Of a DNA stretch of 64,000 nucleotides, positions 61,829-64,000 are shown in pieces. The position numbers were made by a program, and so were the translations under genes. Location: NCBI GenBank assembly GCA_020849855.1, contig JADZFO010000038.1:108010-172009 (forward strand). Direction: 5' to 3'. The notes below the pieces were generated by a model. The model saw only the letters and a list, made by a program, of their open reading frames with translations. It was not told the DNA's origin and ran no database searches. The DNA is from a bacterium (GTDB lineage Bacteria; 4484-113; JAFGCY01). How positions within the stretch are numbered: the first letter of the stretch is position 1; each line of letters begins with the position of its first letter.

Positions 61829-62992
61829 CTAGACGCCGATGCTGGCGCCTTCGAGGGTCGGGCCGCGGTCGGAGCCGCCGCGCCCGCCGGGGCGGCTGCC
61901 CTTGCCCGGGCCGCCCTGCTCGCCGGCCACTGCCGAGGAGATCAGGCGCTGCAGGTTGCCGACGTTGCCGGCGTGGGCCATCGCCACCTCGAGGCTGATC
62001 AGGCGGTCCAGATAGCGGTCCCTCAGGCACTGGTCCATCGTCATCATACCCAGCTTGGAGTGGGTCATCATGACCGAGTGGATCTGGAACTCCTTCTTTT
62101 CGCGGATGAGGTTGCGGATCGCCGGGATGTTGAGCATGACCTCAAAGGTCGCCACGCGGCCGCCGCCTTCCGCCAGCGGCAGGAGCTGCTGGGACATGAT
62201 GCACTGCAGGGAGTTGGCCAGCTGGGCGCGGATCTGGTCCTGCTGCTCTGAGGGGAACACGTCGACGATACGGTCGATGGTCAGGGGCGCGTTGTTGGTG
62301 TGCAGGGTGGCGAAGACCAGGTGGCCGGTTTCCGCCGCGGTGATCGCGGTGGAGATGGTTTCCAGGTCGCGCATCTCGCCCACCAGGATCACGTCCGGGT
62401 CCTGACGCAGCACGCGCTTCAGCGCGCCGGCGAAGGACAGGGTGTCGGAGCCGATCTCGCGCTGGTTGACGTTGCAGCGCTTGTGCTGGTGCACGTACTC
62501 GATCGGGTCCTCCATCGTGACGATGTGGATGTCCTTGGTTTCGTTGATCACGTTGAGCATCGCGGCCAGCGATGTCGACTTACCCGAACCGGTCGGGCCG
62601 GTCACGAGACACAGGCCGCGGGGCAGCATGATCACTTCCTTCATGATGGGCGGAAGGATCAGCTCCTCCATGGTCGGGATCTTCTCGGAGATCGCTCGCA
62701 TGACCATGTACACGCTTTCGCGCTGGAAGGCCATGTTGCAGCGGAAGCGGCCGATACCCTTCTGGCTGTAGCCGAAGTCCAGCTCGCGCTCCATTTCCAG
62801 CTTCTTACGCTGGTCTTCACGGATCATCGAGAAGGCCAGGGCGCGCACGTCGTCCGGCGTCAGCGGCTTGTAGTCCAGACGGACCAGCTTGCCGTGGACG
62901 CGCAGCGTGGGGGGCACGCCAGCCGTCAGGTGCAGATCGGAAGCGCCATGCTCCACCAGCTGCACGAGGAGGTCGAGAATCGTATAGTCCAT
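61829..62992 (-). CDS. pilT: twitching-motility ATPase PilT (type IV pilus retraction) with Gly/Arg-rich C-terminal extension
   Basis: 387 aa; Walker A GPTGSGKST, Asp box/Walker B DVILVGEMRDLETI, His box LVFATLHTNNA; PilT-type N-terminus MDYTILDLLVQLVEHGASDLHLTAG. Extra C-terminal ~40 aa GEQGGPGKGSRPGGRGGSDRGP. Confidence 0.9.
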   Translation of the reverse strand: MDYTILDLLVQLVEHGASDLHLTAGVPPTLRVHGKLVRLDYKPLTPDDVRALAFSMIREDQRKKLEMERELDFGYSQKGIGRFRCNMAFQRESVYMVMRAISEKIPTMEELILPPIMKEVIMLPRGLCLVTGPTGSGKSTSLAAMLNVINETKDIHIVTMEDPIEYVHQHKRCNVNQREIGSDTLSFAGALKRVLRQDPDVILVGEMRDLETISTAITAAETGHLVFATLHTNNAPLTIDRIVDVFPSEQQDQIRAQLANSLQCIMSQQLLPLAEGGGRVATFEVMLNIPAIRNLIREKKEFQIHSVMMTHSKLGMMTMDQCLRDRYLDRLISLEVAMAHAGNVGNLQRLISSAVAGEQGGPGKGSRPGGRGGSDRGPTLEGASIGV

Positions 62993-63051
62993 ATGCCGTC
63001 CCTGCTCCGGCGGGCGCCGGAGTAACCATTAATTTTAACATGCAGGGCGGC

Positions 63052-63852
63052 TCAGGTGGCCCTCAGCCCGGCTGAATCTGGCTGCGCGGGGCTTTCGGGC
63101 TCCAGATCCGCGCCGTCAGGGGCCGGCTGCGCCCCCTTGGCCGCGCTGCTGTCTGCCTTCGCGGCTGCTCCGGCCGCCGCCACCTGCGCCGCCTGCATGG
63201 CAGCCAGGCCTTCCGCGGGCTCATTGCGGTAGCTGTCCAGCAGGTACAGGAACAGCTCCTCGCTGCGCAGGTTGTAGTCCCGGCCGAGCCCCACGCGGCG
63301 GATCGCGCTGCTTAGCACCATTTGCAGCAGAAAGGGCTGGGTGATCAGGCCCCACCAGCCATGGATGTTCTGCCGCGAGGCGTACATGCCGACAAAGAAC
63401 GCGACCCACAGCGCCTGGGCCGTCCAGTAGAAGCGCGGGCTGAGCATGGCGGCGCAGATCGTCCGGCCGGCACTGATTGGCTTGTCGGGGTCGAGGTACC
63501 AGTCGAGGAAGGTGCAGACATGCAGAGCCAGCTCACTGTTGCTGCGCGGACGCAGGAAGGGCGCGCACCAGCGCATCCAGGGGCTGCTTTCGAATATGTC
63601 CGGCAGCATGTCAAGACCGGCGGGCAGGACTGCCGCCAGGCCGCTCTGCCGCAGCCGCAGGCGCAGTTCCCGCCGCGGCCCCTCGCTGAACTCAACTGGC
63701 AGCTTGCGCTCCCGCAAGCGCTGGTAGAAGCCGCCGCTGCCGCCGTAGTTGTCGTCCTCACTGAGCGCAATCAGCATGTCCAGCGCCGGGCGGCTGGCAA
63801 GCAGCTCGCCCAGAAACTCACGCGCTGGACTGGTTTTGAGCTTCGGCGCCAC
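63052..63852 (-). CDS. hypothetical protein (helical, one or two hydrophobic segments, Ala-rich C-terminal tail)
   Basis: 266-aa ORF. No motif recognised. Confidence 0.35.
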   Translation of the reverse strand: MAPKLKTSPAREFLGELLASRPALDMLIALSEDDNYGGSGGFYQRLRERKLPVEFSEGPRRELRLRLRQSGLAAVLPAGLDMLPDIFESSPWMRWCAPFLRPRSNSELALHVCTFLDWYLDPDKPISAGRTICAAMLSPRFYWTAQALWVAFFVGMYASRQNIHGWWGLITQPFLLQMVLSSAIRRVGLGRDYNLRSEELFLYLLDSYRNEPAEGLAAMQAAQVAAAGAAAKADSSAAKGAQPAPDGADLEPESPAQPDSAGLRAT

Positions 63853-64000
63853 GGGCAGAGTATAGGGTTCTCCTGCTTAGCCGGCTGTGCGAATCCATGC
63901 TGCGCAGGGCTGAGGTGCTTACCGGCTTGCTACACTTGACCTGCAAATGCCGGAGCCGCATTACAGCCCGCACATTGGCACCAGCCGCAGCATCTGGCCG

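Overview
64 kb window of high-GC bacterial chromosome (G+C about two-thirds by eye, no rRNA/tRNA/CRISPR found), probably from a Gram-negative-type organism (Kdo transferase WaaA, PilT, lipoprotein signal peptides). Housekeeping genes recognised from motifs: purN, tgt, metG, frr-uppS-cdsA, waaA, acetoacetyl-CoA synthetase, pilT, two ECF sigma/anti-sigma pairs, a Fur/Zur regulator, a macro-domain protein. The most notable content is: (1) a 13-gene complex-I-like operon (NuoA, B, C, D, H, J, K, L, M homologs plus two unknown membrane proteins) that lacks NuoE/F/G/I/N. Its NuoB homolog has lost all four N2 Fe-S cysteines and its NuoD homolog lacks the NiFe cysteines and the quinone-site His, so it looks like a cofactor-less Ehr-type (energy-converting hydrogenase related) membrane complex. 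A HepT/MNT toxin-antitoxin pair is embedded inside the operon and MITE/REP-like elements sit in its intergenic gaps. (2) A family of short GC-rich palindromic elements inserted IN FRAME into conserved genes (nuoC-like, nuoD-like, metG, acetoacetyl-CoA synthetase), encoding repeats such as GASLDSP / AGQDPPLQNQ. (3) A lower-GC operon with a translationally coupled 74-aa Trp/Cys-rich small ORF followed by three tandem paralogs of an unknown ~220-aa family, divergent from an O-methyltransferase and next to a 1096-aa tandem-pseudokinase/PP2C/TPR protein. This is a candidate undescribed peptide-modification or signalling locus. (4) A recurring TAnnnT hexamer 5-9 nt upstream of start codons at a dozen or more genes, suggesting leaderless mRNAs. 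(5) A Fur/Zur-box palindrome with a His-rich outer-membrane-like protein; several large surface lipoproteins (cohesin-like/dockerin/PKD, a shared unknown N-terminal module); a ~100-bp direct repeat flanking one lipoprotein gene; HicBA; low-GC islets. All calls are from reading translated ORFs and the DNA by eye. No database searches were run.
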